A stretch of 39,093 nt of DNA, from contig ML002355.1 of assembly GCA_003614675.1 (NCBI GenBank), forward strand, positions 1 through 39,093. The letters are read 5' to 3'. The position numbers were made by a program, and so were the translations under genes. The notes below the pieces were generated by a model. It did not search any database, was not told where the DNA came from, and saw nothing but the letters and a program-made list of their open reading frames with translations. This document shows positions 37,916 to 39,093 of the stretch, piece after piece. This stretch comes from Dimargaris cristalligena (Eukaryota). The number at the start of each line of letters is the position of its first letter. Position 1 is the first letter of the stretch.

Positions 37916-38612
37916 TCTATGTATCCCACATCCTCTCACTAACAACACCCCGCAGTGTGTGTACCTTGTAGACTAAAGTGCTTATCATTGGTCTTAGATA
38001 CCGCAAACTCGATAACCATAGTTTTCTGTTATCTGTTTTATAGTTGGGCCGTCCAATCTATTTATTGGCTACACCAGCCAAAACTACTCTACCCACCACC
38101 ACCAATAGGTGAAAAAAAAAGCTACTCTTTTAAAACTGGCCCAAGGCCTAGTAGGGGAGGGGGGGGTACACTCACTTTATAATTAATTACCTGCTATCTT
38201 CCGTCGCTTATTTTGCTGAAAGATCCAGCAACCAAGAGGAGGGCGAAAGCGGGGAACAGTTTTCTCCTTTGCTGGATAGTTAGTTACCAATACAAAATGA
38301 ATAGGCGGGGAGTGCTGTCGGGGAAGTACCATAATAGCCCCTCGAACTATAAAACCAGCCTATACCGACTACTACAATCTCAAGCCAAACAAACGGGTGG
38401 GCTCCATTCGAAGAGGTCAGACACCCAGAGACCCTTCTCACCCCACAGTAGGCGTTATTCGTACCAGGTACACGTCCTATGCTGTAGGTGGTAGAGTAAC
38501 TTTACCTAGATTCAGCCAACCGACCCAATCAATGTGCTATACATTACATGACCCATTCTACCTACCTACTTAGACCATCCTACTACCAAACCACTTATTC
38601 CTCACTCTGGCC

Positions 38613-38924
38613 ATGGCCCTCCGCACCACTCCCTTCCAGCGCCTCCTAGCCTATGTCCCCCTAACTCTGTTCATCGCCACCGTCATCTGCCCCCTCGGCC
38701 GGGTAGAGGGTCGGTCCATGCAGCCCTGTCTGAATCCGGACTCCAACCAACTAAGTCGCGATGTGGTCGTGGTGAACACCTTCATCAATCCCAGTCAGTA
38801 CCGCCGCGGGGACGTGGTCAGTTTTATTTCACCCTCCAACCCGAAGCGGACGCTGACTAAACGTGTCATTGGCATGCCCCATGACCTGGTGGTTCCCCAG
38901 ATTCATTTGGGACGGGCTAGCTAG
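38613..38924 (+). CDS. IMP2: Mitochondrial inner membrane protease subunit 2 (peptidase S26), N-terminal part only; C-terminus apparently missing
   Basis: N-terminal hydrophobic segment, catalytic Ser motif VEGRSMQPCLNP, RGDVVSFISPSNP, catalytic Lys motif TKRVIGMPHD. The ORF stops at 103 aa without the conserved GD...S.DS..FGP box. Confidence 0.8.
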   Translation: MALRTTPFQRLLAYVPLTLFIATVICPLGRVEGRSMQPCLNPDSNQLSRDVVVVNTFINPSQYRRGDVVSFISPSNPKRTLTKRVIGMPHDLVVPQIHLGRAS

Positions 38925-39093
38925 AAACAACTACCCGAATACCATTTTACAAATATATAGTTAACGATGCACTAAAACGATTGATTTACCGGACCAAACC
39001 GATTACTATCGACGCTATGGAATGACTCGTCGCCCTCGACCCAGCAGTAGCCCTTGGGGATGAACACCGTTTTATTTTTATCGGGCGAATTAA

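Overview
Eukaryotic, intron-rich fungal genomic DNA (GT-AG introns with GTAAGT donors and CTAAC branch points; an early-diverging fungus is plausible but not provable here). I reconstructed spliced gene models by hand. On the minus strand: a small secreted, probably GPI-anchored protein with 11-aa repeats (2984-3352), a 10-exon glutamate-cysteine ligase (5507-9332), a 3-exon MAPEG/MGST3-like glutathione transferase directly upstream of it (10533-11631), and a 2-exon NAD-dependent isocitrate dehydrogenase subunit 1 (35466-37265). On the plus strand: a 5-exon velvet-domain regulator (28457-33817) preceded by about 16.8 kb with no recognisable gene, and an apparently C-terminally incomplete IMP2 protease (38613-38924). 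No tRNA, rRNA, CRISPR array or recognisable mobile element was found. The most intriguing signal is the IDH1 intron. It holds a densely base-paired region of about 430 nt with competing helices, a sequence complementary to the 5' splice site, and a decoy 3' splice site that mimics the real exon start. This is a candidate structured ncRNA or splicing switch, but it is unverified.
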